DNA of 64,000 nucleotides from Desulfatiglandales bacterium (GTDB taxonomy: Bacteria > Desulfobacterota > DSM-4660 > Desulfatiglandales > HGW-15): positions 224,001 to 288,000 of the forward strand of contig CAXXJJ010000004.1 in assembly GCA_963667015.2 (NCBI GenBank), given 5' to 3'. Of this stretch, positions 1-10,511 are shown piece after piece. Every line of letters begins with the position of its first letter. Position 1 is the stretch's first letter. The notes under the pieces were generated by a model. That model saw only the letters and a list, made by a program, of their open reading frames with translations, was not told the origin of the DNA and did not search any database. Both the position numbers and the translations under genes were made by a program.

Positions 1-1
1 A

Positions 2-751
2 TCTTTACGTGTGTTGTTCCTCGTATCAGACAGGATATCCATTTATGATATGCCATTCATATGGTGGGATGACCCGGAGAATAAAACGAACTTATCCTCC
101 TCTGAACTCATGCTTCACAGGCTTTTCCAGGAACGGGGATTCAATCCTGTTAACAGGCTTACCAGTATACCGGAAGAGGGATATAATCCTGAACTGTTCA
201 AAGAAGAATTAACAGAAGAAGATGCCGCACAATGGGGGAGGCTCTATTCAGCCGATGTGGTTATACTGGGTAAGGTCGATGTAAGCGAATTTAATCAATT
301 GATAGTCAATTTAAAGGCAATACAGGTTCAGAATGCGGATGTCCTGGCCAGTTACAATAATGATCAGCTAATTGCAAATGATCCTGAGACAACAGGGACA
401 ACTGTTGAGGCACAGGAAAAAATACTTACTGACGGGGTCAACCGGATTATCCCGGATATCCTTAAGGTATTCAAGAAAGAAGAAGAAAAACTGTCCCGTT
501 TTGATCTGGAACTTAAGGGCCTTGACAGTCTAAAGCAGGTAACATCCTTTATATCCTTTGTAAGAGAAAAAATCAGCGGGGTTGTATCTGTATTACAGAC
601 AAGGATAACCCATGGAACCATTACAATGTCTGTGGAATTTTCCGGTTCCAGAAAGGCATTTATAGAAAAAATTAAGAGCAGCGTAGAAGTACCTTTTGCA
701 GCTGAAATTATCGTTGATGAAGCCGGAGCGCTGATAGTTACACCTATGTGA
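2..751 (+). CDS. Hypothetical protein, 5'-partial (frame open to the window edge)
   Basis: Long ORF with no upstream stop in frame; no motif recognised with confidence. Confidence 0.7.
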   Translation, partial: SLRVLFLVSDRISIYDMPFIWWDDPENKTNLSSSELMLHRLFQERGFNPVNRLTSIPEEGYNPELFKEELTEEDAAQWGRLYSADVVILGKVDVSEFNQLIVNLKAIQVQNADVLASYNNDQLIANDPETTGTTVEAQEKILTDGVNRIIPDILKVFKKEEEKLSRFDLELKGLDSLKQVTSFISFVREKISGVVSVLQTRITHGTITMSVEFSGSRKAFIEKIKSSVEVPFAAEIIVDEAGALIVTPM

Positions 752-779
752 GCCTTATTTTATATTAAACAGGCGATAA

Positions 780-1325
780 ATGACCATTCCGAATATTATT
801 ACAATGATCAGAATCCTGCTGACACCGATCTTTGTCATCTACGTGATAAACGATCAGTTGTTGACAGGACTTGTTATTCTGGTGATATGCGGTATCAGTG
901 ATGGCCTGGATGGGATGATTGCACGGGTGTTTAAGCAGAAAAGCCGGTTGGGGAGTTACCTTGACCCTCTTGCTGACAAGATTATCCTTTCATCTGCCTT
1001 TATTGCCCTCAGCATAAGAGGTTTTCTGCCGTCATGGCTTTCGGTTGTTGTAATAAGCAGGGATGTATTGATCCTGATAGGGATTATTATTATTTACCTC
1101 AACGATATTAACCTCGATATAAAGCCCGTATTTTCAAGTAAAATTACCACATGCTTTCAATTCACAACTGTTATCGCCGTACTGGCACAGGAATACCTGC
1201 TTGCATATCAGGATTATTATTCATACATGTATTATGTGACAGCACTTTTCACTATAATCTCCTTTTTACAGTACCTTTACCAGTGGCAAAAAATGATGAT
1301 AAACGATAAGCTGTATCTGGATTAA
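780..1325 (+). CDS. CDP-alcohol phosphatidyltransferase (PgsA-like)
   Basis: Motif DGLDGMIAR...LGSYLDPLADK, N-terminal TIPNIIT, hydrophobic helices. Confidence 0.92.
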   Translation: MTIPNIITMIRILLTPIFVIYVINDQLLTGLVILVICGISDGLDGMIARVFKQKSRLGSYLDPLADKIILSSAFIALSIRGFLPSWLSVVVISRDVLILIGIIIIYLNDINLDIKPVFSSKITTCFQFTTVIAVLAQEYLLAYQDYYSYMYYVTALFTIISFLQYLYQWQKMMINDKLYLD

Positions 1326-1336
1326 CTGACAGTGTA

Positions 1337-1528
1337 TCAGCCGATCCGTCCATCTCCATCAATATCTTTGCCATATTCCTTTTCAAGTAAAGAAACTAGG
1401 CTAAAAATCACCTTTCTGGTATGACGCAATTCATCCTCAAGTAAACCGACTCTTTGTTCAAGAGTTTCTGCTTTATTACGCTGTTCAGAAATCTGCGACT
1501 GCTGTATTAAATCCCAGAATAGACCCAT
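1337..1528 (-). CDS. Small hypothetical coiled-coil protein
   Basis: 63-aa ORF with GAGGAG RBS upstream; C-terminal DIDGDG. Confidence 0.65.
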   Translation of the reverse strand: MGLFWDLIQQSQISEQRNKAETLEQRVGLLEDELRHTRKVIFSLVSLLEKEYGKDIDGDGRIG

Positions 1529-1652
1529 CTCTATCTCCTCTTTGACGTTAATTTTTATCAGATAATTCTATATCCTGAAAAATAAACAATCCTGATATAT
1601 GATTGTACAAAAAATATGAATGGAAATTTCTGTAAAGGTAACAGCAAAACCA

Positions 1653-3965
1653 TTATTTCATGAATTCGGTTCTGTTGTTCAGCATATTCAGTAATTCCTT
1701 TGCAACAGGCAAATCCGGGGCGATTTTTACCATTGTTTCTGCCATGTCTCTTGCCTCAGGTAATCTCGATCTTTTAAAATAAAAATCAAAAAGGGCATAT
1801 AAAAAATCCATATTTTCGGGCTCTATTTCAAGGGCAGTTTTAAATTCGAGTTCGGCATCTTTGTCCCTGTTAAGAAACTGGAGCAGTAAACCATAATTAT
1901 AATGAATTCTGGCTGCATCGGGCATGTTATGGGCAGCCTTCTCCATGTAGAGCGCAGCTTCTTCAAGATTATTTTTTTCAGCCAGAAGCAGTGCAAGTGA
2001 GTAGTAAATTTCATATAAGCCGGGATGTTCTTTTATTACCTCCCTGAAAAGTTCTTCAGCCTTATCCTGATCGCCTTTTCCATTATACAGCATTGCCAGG
2101 TTTACCTTTGCAGGGTAGAAGAGATTGTCAATCTTAATGGCCGCCCTGTAGTTTTCAATTGCCCTGTCAATATCATCAAGTTTCTGAAACAGGTTCCCTA
2201 AATTGAAACGGCCGAATGAAAAATCTCCTGAATATTCCATTGATGTTATAAATTCTTGCAGAACCCTGTGATAGACTTCTTTCTGTCTCGTGTCCAGGTA
2301 TTCGGAAGGTTTGCCTGCCAGCCTTGATGACGCCTCTATACGCACGGCCTTAACCGGATCGTAGAGGAGCGGTGCAATAAGTTTTGCCTTTTCCTGATCG
2401 TCTGAAAGGGGAATGTTTTCAACTGCTGTCCTGCGGATAAGGGCTTCTTCATCCATTAGGGATATTTTGTAGGCATTAATTGTTTCCTCACCCGGGTACG
2501 CTCCTAAAAGTGAAAGAGCAGTGGCCCTTACAATTACAGGATAGAGGGTGTCAGTGGCAAGCTTGAGAAGATCATTATATACTTCAGGCCTGTGACTGCG
2601 GCCGGCAGCAATTATTTCTCCATAATGTCCTTTTCTTCCGGGACCATACCATTTAGTAATCCACTCCTCTGACCATTCGACCGGTTTATCCATATGGCAT
2701 CTGTTGCATGCGTTAGGGGTGTTTAACTTCTCACTCAGGTCGGGCATAGGAATTCTGAAACTGTGATCAGGACGATAATCTATTACCATGTAATTTCTTC
2801 CGGGCATATGGCACTGCATGCACTCTGAACCGGTGCCTACCTCAAACAGTATCTTTCCGTCGTCTGATCTGATCGGTTCTCCTTTTTCTCCTTTTTGTTT
2901 ATGGAAATGGTGTTCTGCCGTGTTATATTCACTTGCACGGTGACATTGAAGACATAGGTCATTGCCATCTCTGATCAGTCTGGCGCTGTGAACATCATGA
3001 CAGTCGCTGCATTTTACATCACGGTGATACATCTTGCTCTGGGTAAATGAACCATAGACATAGACCTCTTCCAGTATCTGTCCATCGGGAAAATAAAGAT
3101 CCGGTGTCAGAAGGCTGGGCTGCAGACTGTCCAGGAGGTCAGATTCTGCATGGGTATAGTCTCCAAGTATGGCTCGCCTGCTGTGGCACGGCGCACATTG
3201 ATTTACCAGTTGTCTGGAAGAAATCCCTGATGTCCTTACTGCCAGATTGAAATTAGTAACATCAGGTCTGCCCATTTCGGGTGTTTCAGCCCATTTTACA
3301 TGTCCTGATCCTGGGCCATGACATGCCTCACATCCTACATCGATATCTGTCCAGGTGGTTTCATATGTGTCATTGACCGGATCATAATTCTTTTTAAGGT
3401 TTGTAGAATGACACTCCGCACACATTCCATTCCAGTTCTGTCCGGCGTTTGTCCAGTAAAGCCAGTCATCGGAGGCGATTTCAATATCGGGATTAAGATC
3501 AAACCACTTTTTTTCGCGCACATCCCATGCAATGGGCAGGCATTGAAGGCGTCCGCCCTCAAAGGGAACAAGGTATTGCTGGAGAGGATACCAGCCGAAG
3601 GTATGTGTTATCTCGTATTCTCCCATGCGTCCATCCGGACCACTGGTATATGTATAGAACTTATTTTCCTTTCTGTAGAATTTTGATGTGATACCATGGC
3701 TCTCAAAACTGACATTGTTGAAATTACCAAGAACCGTATCTTCACCGGCTATCTCCATGGCATGATCATGATGGGAATCCTGCCAGTTGTTATATTCCGT
3801 CCTGTGACAGTCAGCGCATTTTAGACTGCCTGTAAAACTGAAATCTGCTTCTTTTGAATTTGAAACAGTGGGTAGTGACAGATAAGATACTTTAAACAGA
3901 TAGGCGGGCACTGAGAGCGCAATGACAATGGTTGCCAGGAGACCTGTTAATTTCCATGCCTTCAT
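1653..3965 (-). CDS. Membrane-anchored octaheme c-type cytochrome with HEAT-like and TPR repeats
   Basis: Eight CxxCH motifs (CADCH, CAECH, CEACH, CAPCH, CSDCH, CLQCH, CMQCH, CNRCH), N-terminal hydrophobic segment, C-terminal TPR-like repeats. Confidence 0.9.
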   Translation of the reverse strand: MKAWKLTGLLATIVIALSVPAYLFKVSYLSLPTVSNSKEADFSFTGSLKCADCHRTEYNNWQDSHHDHAMEIAGEDTVLGNFNNVSFESHGITSKFYRKENKFYTYTSGPDGRMGEYEITHTFGWYPLQQYLVPFEGGRLQCLPIAWDVREKKWFDLNPDIEIASDDWLYWTNAGQNWNGMCAECHSTNLKKNYDPVNDTYETTWTDIDVGCEACHGPGSGHVKWAETPEMGRPDVTNFNLAVRTSGISSRQLVNQCAPCHSRRAILGDYTHAESDLLDSLQPSLLTPDLYFPDGQILEEVYVYGSFTQSKMYHRDVKCSDCHDVHSARLIRDGNDLCLQCHRASEYNTAEHHFHKQKGEKGEPIRSDDGKILFEVGTGSECMQCHMPGRNYMVIDYRPDHSFRIPMPDLSEKLNTPNACNRCHMDKPVEWSEEWITKWYGPGRKGHYGEIIAAGRSHRPEVYNDLLKLATDTLYPVIVRATALSLLGAYPGEETINAYKISLMDEEALIRRTAVENIPLSDDQEKAKLIAPLLYDPVKAVRIEASSRLAGKPSEYLDTRQKEVYHRVLQEFITSMEYSGDFSFGRFNLGNLFQKLDDIDRAIENYRAAIKIDNLFYPAKVNLAMLYNGKGDQDKAEELFREVIKEHPGLYEIYYSLALLLAEKNNLEEAALYMEKAAHNMPDAARIHYNYGLLLQFLNRDKDAELEFKTALEIEPENMDFLYALFDFYFKRSRLPEARDMAETMVKIAPDLPVAKELLNMLNNRTEFMK

Positions 3966-4492
3966 ATCTTTTCCTTTTTGGCATAAACAAGTTGTTCCCT
4001 GATAAATTTATCTCTTTTTATACTCATACCGGTATCAACTTTCACGATATTGTTCTCTATATGCACCGGATATATATCAAGCGGTCTCGGGGCAGGGGAG
4101 GTAACAACACTGCCTGCAATATCAAAGGATGATCCGTGGCATGGGCATGCAAATCTCTTTTCTTTATCGTTCCAGGGGACAGTGCACCCAAGGTGAGTAC
4201 ATTTACTGGAAAGCGCGATAAAGCCGCCGTCAGACATCCTGCACAGATAAAATCTTCCCTGTATATTGGCGGTAACCGAGTTGAGCGGGAATCTGTCCAC
4301 ATGACCTGCTTCGAGTATATTCCCTGTTTTGCCGGAATTGCTTTCCGGTTTTCTGCGACTGAGAAAGGCAATGATTACCGCAATAAATTCACCAGCAGCA
4401 GCTATCCCGAGAATAACCCAGAGAGTTTTTAGAAAGGATCGACGGGAAGGAGATACATCAGAATGATTTTGTATTTTTAATTTTTTTTTCAT
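3962..4492 (-). CDS. Rieske [2Fe-2S] protein of a cytochrome bc-type complex
   Basis: Tat motif SRRSFLK plus TM helix; CTHLGC and CPCHGS boxes. Confidence 0.95.
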   Translation of the reverse strand: MKKKLKIQNHSDVSPSRRSFLKTLWVILGIAAAGEFIAVIIAFLSRRKPESNSGKTGNILEAGHVDRFPLNSVTANIQGRFYLCRMSDGGFIALSSKCTHLGCTVPWNDKEKRFACPCHGSSFDIAGSVVTSPAPRPLDIYPVHIENNIVKVDTGMSIKRDKFIREQLVYAKKEKI

Positions 4493-4500
4493 TTTAATAT

Positions 4501-5883
4501 CTAAAGTTTCGCAGTTGATAAATTAATAGGTTTAACAATAGTATCTTCAATCATATCAAGTAAATGCAAAACAATATCGGGCTCTATTTTATAGCAAATT
4601 ACATGACTTGATCTGATTATGAGTTCTTTGATATAGGCCCAGAGTTTTTCAACCATTGATAGCAGGAGGTTTTCATCCGACAGCTCTCTGAACAAAGGAC
4701 CTATGGGTCCCATCACCATTCTTTTACCCAGGATATATACCAATAGTAGGTAACGGATCATAACCATGCTGTAGCTGGTGATAACCGCATCAAAAGTATT
4801 GCTTTGTTCTTTTCCCATATAAAGCATTTGCTTTGCATCCTTAAAGAAGACTTCAATGGCCCAGCGGCGGGCATAGTAACTCAGCATATCAGATGCTGCT
4901 ATCTCTGTGTCCGTTGATAAAAGAGCATGCCAGTCTTTTTTACCGTCAGACAGGAACAGAAGACGAACATTCCCCGTCTTTGGAAGCTTAACATTAAGGC
5001 AGGCTGCCTTCACATTGTAGCCGGGAAGCAAAACAGTCTGTTTCTTTGCCACCTTCTGCCATAGTTGCTTCAATGTATACTTTTGCCCGTGGTATTCATA
5101 CTTCACCCGGTTCCTTTTTAGCCTGCATATAACACCGTAACCTATTGAGTATATCTGGCTGATAACATCATCGTGAGCGAACCAACTGTCAAATAGTACA
5201 AAGCTTGCATCAATACCGGATTTCCAGGCTCTGTCAATCATGCTGATTAAAGTTTCTGTCTTCTTACTTAGAGCTTCCTTACGTCTGCGCCATCCGATGG
5301 TTCTTTTATCTATGTCCCTGAGTTTGTTATTGGGACGTTTGCTAGATGTATTTAGAGAAGCATCCAGAGGGAAAAAGTTGATGCCATTATGATATCCAAG
5401 CTGCAGACATTGGATTCCTAAAATAGAACGATTCGTCTTATGATCAAAGTGATAACTTGCAAGCTCTATATCTTTTCCTGTTTTGGGCATCAATGAATCA
5501 TCAGCAATCAAAACCTTTTGCGTCAAAGGGACATCATTGCTGCATTCTATTATTTTTAAAGCGAGGAGATATACAAACTTACGCCAATTAAATCTTTCAT
5601 GGTTCAGAAATCTGTAAAAAACATCCTTTTGTGCGTTGGTAGCATTATTAAGGTACTCTGAATTCCAGATATCAGTAAGGGTTCTTTTCAAAAATGGAAG
5701 CAGGACAATAAGGAAAAGCAGTGTAATAGTTTTATATCCTCTTATTTTTCTTATCCCGCTTCGATTAAGAAGTGACCTGAATTTGAGTTCCTTGAATGCG
5801 CTGTTTATCTCCGAATCGATAACAACATTTTTATTTGAAATCTGTTTTTGCAATGAGAGGGAAAATGTATTATTAAGTTTCAT
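4501..5883 (-). CDS. DDE transposase (IS4/IS701-like)
   Basis: LIADDS, VLFDSWF and YARRWAIEVFFKDAKQ motifs; stop codon lies inside the IR. Confidence 0.92.
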   Translation of the reverse strand: MKLNNTFSLSLQKQISNKNVVIDSEINSAFKELKFRSLLNRSGIRKIRGYKTITLLFLIVLLPFLKRTLTDIWNSEYLNNATNAQKDVFYRFLNHERFNWRKFVYLLALKIIECSNDVPLTQKVLIADDSLMPKTGKDIELASYHFDHKTNRSILGIQCLQLGYHNGINFFPLDASLNTSSKRPNNKLRDIDKRTIGWRRRKEALSKKTETLISMIDRAWKSGIDASFVLFDSWFAHDDVISQIYSIGYGVICRLKRNRVKYEYHGQKYTLKQLWQKVAKKQTVLLPGYNVKAACLNVKLPKTGNVRLLFLSDGKKDWHALLSTDTEIAASDMLSYYARRWAIEVFFKDAKQMLYMGKEQSNTFDAVITSYSMVMIRYLLLVYILGKRMVMGPIGPLFRELSDENLLLSMVEKLWAYIKELIIRSSHVICYKIEPDIVLHLLDMIEDTIVKPINLSTAKL

Positions 5884-6025
5884 GAGGTGGCTCCTTTTTG
5901 TTAGTAAATTTAATATCTTAGCCGATTCAAATATACTAATTTAGGGGCCGCCTTTCAACTATTTTATCAATATTTTCAAACTTTTATCCCTCTTTTTTTT
6001 ATAAAATTTAACTGCGAAACTTTAG
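4501..6025 (-). mobile_element. Insertion sequence, IS4/IS701-like, 1525 bp
   Basis: Perfect 16-bp terminal IR CTAAAGTTTCGCAGTT (4501-4516 and 6010-6025); flanking direct repeat TTAATAT (4494-4500 and 6026-6032). Confidence 0.92.
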
Positions 6026-6095
6026 TTAATATGTTACTTTATTAAATTATTTGATGTCCGGCTATCGATTAATTATCATAATTATAAGACCACCC

Positions 6096-7358
6096 TCAAA
6101 AAGGCCATATCAGCTTCATGCTCTCTCCCCTGAACCATATCCCGGTTACAGTAAATAAAATGAAAACTGTAAGAAAAAAAACAAATACAGCCTGCACCTT
6201 TTCATTTTTATTCGGGGCGAACTTTTTGACTGAAAGAATATAGAAAGCTGAAAATATCATGAATGCAATAACTGAAGGTATCAGGCCATTACTGATCACA
6301 CGGGGAATACCCGGTATCCACAGCGTAAAATCAATTAAATATTCATCAAGAATCACTGCAATGATAGTAAGCACCATGGCACCTGCAAAGGAAACGACTG
6401 ACATGGACCTTCCCTTTGATGAAACAAACCATATTCCCTCATGACCTTCCGGGTATCTGGAATATGAGGTTGTTACAAGACCTGCAACGATCATAAAAGG
6501 GATGACACAAACTGCAAAAAACGGATGTATATGGAGGAGCATCTCCTGGAAACCCATGAAATACCATGGTGCCTTTGTTGGATTAGGGCTAAGGCCAGGA
6601 TTTGCCCTGTCTCCAAGGGGGGCATCAAATATAATAGATAAGACAAGAATAACAGCAACCAGAACAAGTGCTGTTACGAATTCTTTAAGAAGGAGATCAG
6701 GGATGACTTGGACCCTTGATTCATTTTCTTTATCACAAACGGGAGCAACTATCCCGCCTGCCTTTCGTATACGCCAGAAATGAAACGGCATAATAATGAT
6801 TACAGCGGCCGGGAGTAAAACCGTGTGAGTTGCATAGAAGATGGAAAGCGTTGATGAACTTACCTCACTTCCGCCTCTTACCAGTGACTGCATCCAGTTT
6901 CCTGCCCATGGGACATACTCCATCATGCTGGTGCAGATAGTGACAGCCCAGAAGGACAGCTGATCCCAGGGAAGGAGATATCCTGTGAAATTAAAAAAAA
7001 GAACGATAATAAAAAGCCCTGTCCCGATAATCCAGTTAAGTTGTCTTGGCGGATGGAATGCCGAAGTGAAAAACACCCGCAGAAAATGAAGAAATGCAAT
7101 AAGAATGAGAATATTCGCTGACCAGTAATGGATATTGCGAATAAGCTGACCAAACACGACATTGTTATTCAGGTAGATAATGGAGTCATACGCCCTGTCA
7201 GGGAAGGGCAGGTAGTAGAACTTCATTAAAAGGCCCGTTCCGAACAGTAAAAGTATCAGAATAAGAGCCATACCTCCAAGACCAAAGGTCAGGGTGAAGT
7301 CAATAGCCCTGCGGTTAACCATTTTAGGTCTAAAGTGTAATATCAGGCTTTTATTCAT
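6096..7358 (-). CDS. Cytochrome b subunit of a bc-type complex
   Basis: Four heme-ligand His (NIHYW, FLHFL, ATHTV, PFHFW), TGYLLPWDQ, and KAPWYF as a PEWY-like motif. Confidence 0.93.
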   Translation of the reverse strand: MNKSLILHFRPKMVNRRAIDFTLTFGLGGMALILILLLFGTGLLMKFYYLPFPDRAYDSIIYLNNNVVFGQLIRNIHYWSANILILIAFLHFLRVFFTSAFHPPRQLNWIIGTGLFIIVLFFNFTGYLLPWDQLSFWAVTICTSMMEYVPWAGNWMQSLVRGGSEVSSSTLSIFYATHTVLLPAAVIIIMPFHFWRIRKAGGIVAPVCDKENESRVQVIPDLLLKEFVTALVLVAVILVLSIIFDAPLGDRANPGLSPNPTKAPWYFMGFQEMLLHIHPFFAVCVIPFMIVAGLVTTSYSRYPEGHEGIWFVSSKGRSMSVVSFAGAMVLTIIAVILDEYLIDFTLWIPGIPRVISNGLIPSVIAFMIFSAFYILSVKKFAPNKNEKVQAVFVFFLTVFILFTVTGIWFRGESMKLIWPF

Positions 7359-7632
7359 GTAATCGGCGCCTTTCGGACATATGTCCTGTTTTCAGAAAGA
7401 CACCGCCCATTGATACCTTATCAGGGCAGTGACCGAATAAATCGATTTTAATTATTTGAGGCTCTGTAGAGGTCGTCATACTAATATCTATTATTGTATC
7501 AGTCAATAGCATCCGAATCATTGAGTAAACTTGACAAGCTGATAAAGCTTCAATACTATGTGATTCTCATTATGTGAAAATGTAATTAAAATCAATCTTT
7601 GCATTTAATTTTCATTTTAACCGGAGCCTGCA

Positions 7633-9291
7633 ATGCGAAAAATAGTAATACCTATAATCCCAGTTGTACTGGCTTTTTTCCTGATCGGCATTTGCACCGT
7701 CGGATGCGAAAAGAAATCTGATGTGCAGAACCCACCCCGAAAACCGAATATTCTTTTAATTATCGGCGATGATTTTGGTATGGATGTTACCTCAAATATG
7801 AATCCGGGTTTGATCGAAGATCTTGAAAAAAAATATGGTCCATCCGGTTATAATCATCCTGATTACAAGAAAATTAAAGGACTTCCAGCTTCAACTCCTA
7901 AGCTGGATAAGCTGGCAAAAGAGGGCATGTTTTTTACCAATGTATGGGCGCATCCTTTCTGTTCACCCACACGAGCGACCATTTTAACAGGGCTTTTTGG
8001 AAAAAATACAAAAGTTCTCACATATGCAGATGCCTTATCTCAGAAGCATACTTCATTTGTGCAAAAACTGAGGGACGAGGGCGGTTACAGTACGGCACTT
8101 TTTGGGAAATGGCATCTGGCCGGGATGCCCAGTCGCAGTAATGATGGCCCTGGTTTTCCAGGCATAAAACCCAAGGAGGCCGGTTTTAATCTCTTTAAAG
8201 GTAATCTGAATGCAGCAATAAAAAGTTACTGGGATTATGACTATCAAATTCAGGACGATACAACACCTGCGAACGAATGGAGAACTGAAACTGCTCCACA
8301 AAAATCATTGCCGGGTATTGCTGCAAGCAATTATGCACCGCTGGTCAAGGTGGCAGATACTATTGAATGGATTACAAAGAATGAAAAAGAGAATCCTGAC
8401 AAACCATGGTTTGCGTGGCTTGCATTTAACCTCTCCCACGCTACAATTATTCAGCAGCCAAATGCCATGGCCGTACCCAATGCCGATACCATGGATAAGG
8501 AAAGCGTAGAGGAGATGAAGGCCTGCGGCGGTAAATTCGGTTCAAACGATGCCGGAGATTGCAGCGATGAATCGCTGATGCGTGCCATGACTAACTCCAT
8601 GGATACTCTTATGGGTAAACTGATTGATGCAGTAAACGAACTGGATCCAAACACATATATAATCTACATAAGTGATAACGGGACACCTATGTATAACATG
8701 CGCGGCGGTCTTAATTATATTGACAACATGTACATCACAAAAAAAGGACGCGGAAAAGGTACTGCTTACCAAAGCGGTGCACTGGTACCTATGGTCATCA
8801 AAGGACCGGGAATAAAAGCAAATTCAAAGAATGATGGAATTGCACATGCTGCTGACCTGTTTTCTACGGCTCTTGCACTGGCAGGTCTGGAAATACCGGA
8901 AGAAGTCAATAACAGCGAGGGCACAGGCAAGATATCGCTTGATTCTGTCTCTCTTACACCAATACTTTTTGATGGTAAAGACAGTGTACGCGATCCTGAT
9001 AAAGGTTACGTACTGACCGAATCCGTTAACCTGATGACTAACGGCACACAGCATGCAGGTGCCCGCAATGCAAAATACAAGGTAGTATGTGCGGGCGGTA
9101 TCGAAGGCAGTAACTGCTTGTTCTATAATATTAAAGAAGATCCGCTTGAGGAATATCCGCTTGATATACCTGCCGGTTGTGAAAAGTATGCAGATAACAG
9201 CTGGACACCGGAAAACCCGGAGTGGCATTACTGCAGGCTCATGGAGGTTATAAGAGAAGATTCCTATTTAAATGGATATTCAGCAAAATAA
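7633..9291 (+). CDS. Sulfatase, predicted lipoprotein
   Basis: KPNILLIIGDD, formylglycine motif CSPTR, GKWHL; signal peptide ending in VGC. Confidence 0.9.
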   Translation: MRKIVIPIIPVVLAFFLIGICTVGCEKKSDVQNPPRKPNILLIIGDDFGMDVTSNMNPGLIEDLEKKYGPSGYNHPDYKKIKGLPASTPKLDKLAKEGMFFTNVWAHPFCSPTRATILTGLFGKNTKVLTYADALSQKHTSFVQKLRDEGGYSTALFGKWHLAGMPSRSNDGPGFPGIKPKEAGFNLFKGNLNAAIKSYWDYDYQIQDDTTPANEWRTETAPQKSLPGIAASNYAPLVKVADTIEWITKNEKENPDKPWFAWLAFNLSHATIIQQPNAMAVPNADTMDKESVEEMKACGGKFGSNDAGDCSDESLMRAMTNSMDTLMGKLIDAVNELDPNTYIIYISDNGTPMYNMRGGLNYIDNMYITKKGRGKGTAYQSGALVPMVIKGPGIKANSKNDGIAHAADLFSTALALAGLEIPEEVNNSEGTGKISLDSVSLTPILFDGKDSVRDPDKGYVLTESVNLMTNGTQHAGARNAKYKVVCAGGIEGSNCLFYNIKEDPLEEYPLDIPAGCEKYADNSWTPENPEWHYCRLMEVIREDSYLNGYSAK

Positions 9292-9298
9292 ATTTACT

Positions 9299-10483
9299 CT
9301 ATTCCACATAAACTGCGAGCCCTTTCAGGTATTCACCTTCAGGATGGAATATATTAACCGGATGGTCAGCGGGCTGGTTCAGCCAGTTCATGATCCGGAT
9401 ATTTCTTCCCGCCTCGATTGCTGCAGCAATGATAGTGTCCTGAAACAGACGTTTATCCACAACCTGGGAGCAGGAGAAGGTGAACAGTATTCCACCCGGC
9501 TTAATCTTTTTTATAGCAGCAGCATTCAATCGTTTGTATCCCATAACTGCCTGATGCCGGGCATTCATTTTTTTCGCAAAGGCAGGAGGATCAAGCACTA
9601 TAAGGTCATAATTATCGCAGGCCTTCAGGAAATTAAATACATCCTCTGTAAACATTTTATGCCCGGTCAGACCGTTAAGTTTCATATTTTCCTCGGCTGC
9701 TGCCATTGCTGTCTTTGAAGAGTCAACACTGTGCACCTCAAGGGCACCGCCAAGCCCTGCGTAAACGGAAAATCCGCCCGTATAGCAGAATGTATTCAAA
9801 ACCAGTTTATCTGCTGAATATTCACCCACAAGTCTGCGGTTTTCTCTCTGATCAATAAAAAAACCGGTTTTTTGTCCTGCTGCCCAGTTGACTATAAATC
9901 GCCGTCCATTTTCAATAACCTCTATGTAATCTTCTGCTGATCCGAAGATGAATTCGTTTTCAATAGCGCCGGCCCTGCCGTAAAGCGTTTCCTTACTTTT
10001 ATCATACACTGCCATGAGGCGTTCCCCTAAAACGGTTTTCAGGGCCTTTGAAATGTCATGGCGGTTCAGGAACATGCCGGTGGAATGTGCCTGCAGGACA
10101 GCTACACCGTTATAATAGTCGACGATCAAACCCGACAGACCGTCACCCTCGGAATGAATCAGCCTGTACACACTGGTATCCGGCAGATCTGTGATACCGA
10201 TACGTTTTCGATACTCCCAGGCCTTTAGGATTTTATTCTGCCATAGACTGTCATCGTCAACCGGTGCAAATGACAGGATTCGTACCGCAATACTGGCGCC
10301 GGATTGATAATGCCCCATGCCCAGATATTCACCCTTGTGGGAATAGATATCTACCATTGTTCCATCATCTAATCCGTTGACAGTGTTTTCTTTTATTGCA
10401 CCGGAAAAAATCCATTGATGTCGTCTCTTCGGTGATGTCTCCTTGCCCCGTTTAAGCGTAATTGCCGGTCGCTCATTTTTCAT
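9299..10483 (-). CDS. rlmI: 23S rRNA m5C1962 methyltransferase (RlmI family)
   Basis: PUA-like N terminus, HSEGDGLSGL, GQKTGFFIDQR, LDPPAF, FSCS. Confidence 0.85.
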   Translation of the reverse strand: MKNERPAITLKRGKETSPKRRHQWIFSGAIKENTVNGLDDGTMVDIYSHKGEYLGMGHYQSGASIAVRILSFAPVDDDSLWQNKILKAWEYRKRIGITDLPDTSVYRLIHSEGDGLSGLIVDYYNGVAVLQAHSTGMFLNRHDISKALKTVLGERLMAVYDKSKETLYGRAGAIENEFIFGSAEDYIEVIENGRRFIVNWAAGQKTGFFIDQRENRRLVGEYSADKLVLNTFCYTGGFSVYAGLGGALEVHSVDSSKTAMAAAEENMKLNGLTGHKMFTEDVFNFLKACDNYDLIVLDPPAFAKKMNARHQAVMGYKRLNAAAIKKIKPGGILFTFSCSQVVDKRLFQDTIIAAAIEAGRNIRIMNWLNQPADHPVNIFHPEGEYLKGLAVYVE

Positions 10484-10511
10484 TTATAAAACCTTATTTT
10501 TGGGTGAAAAG

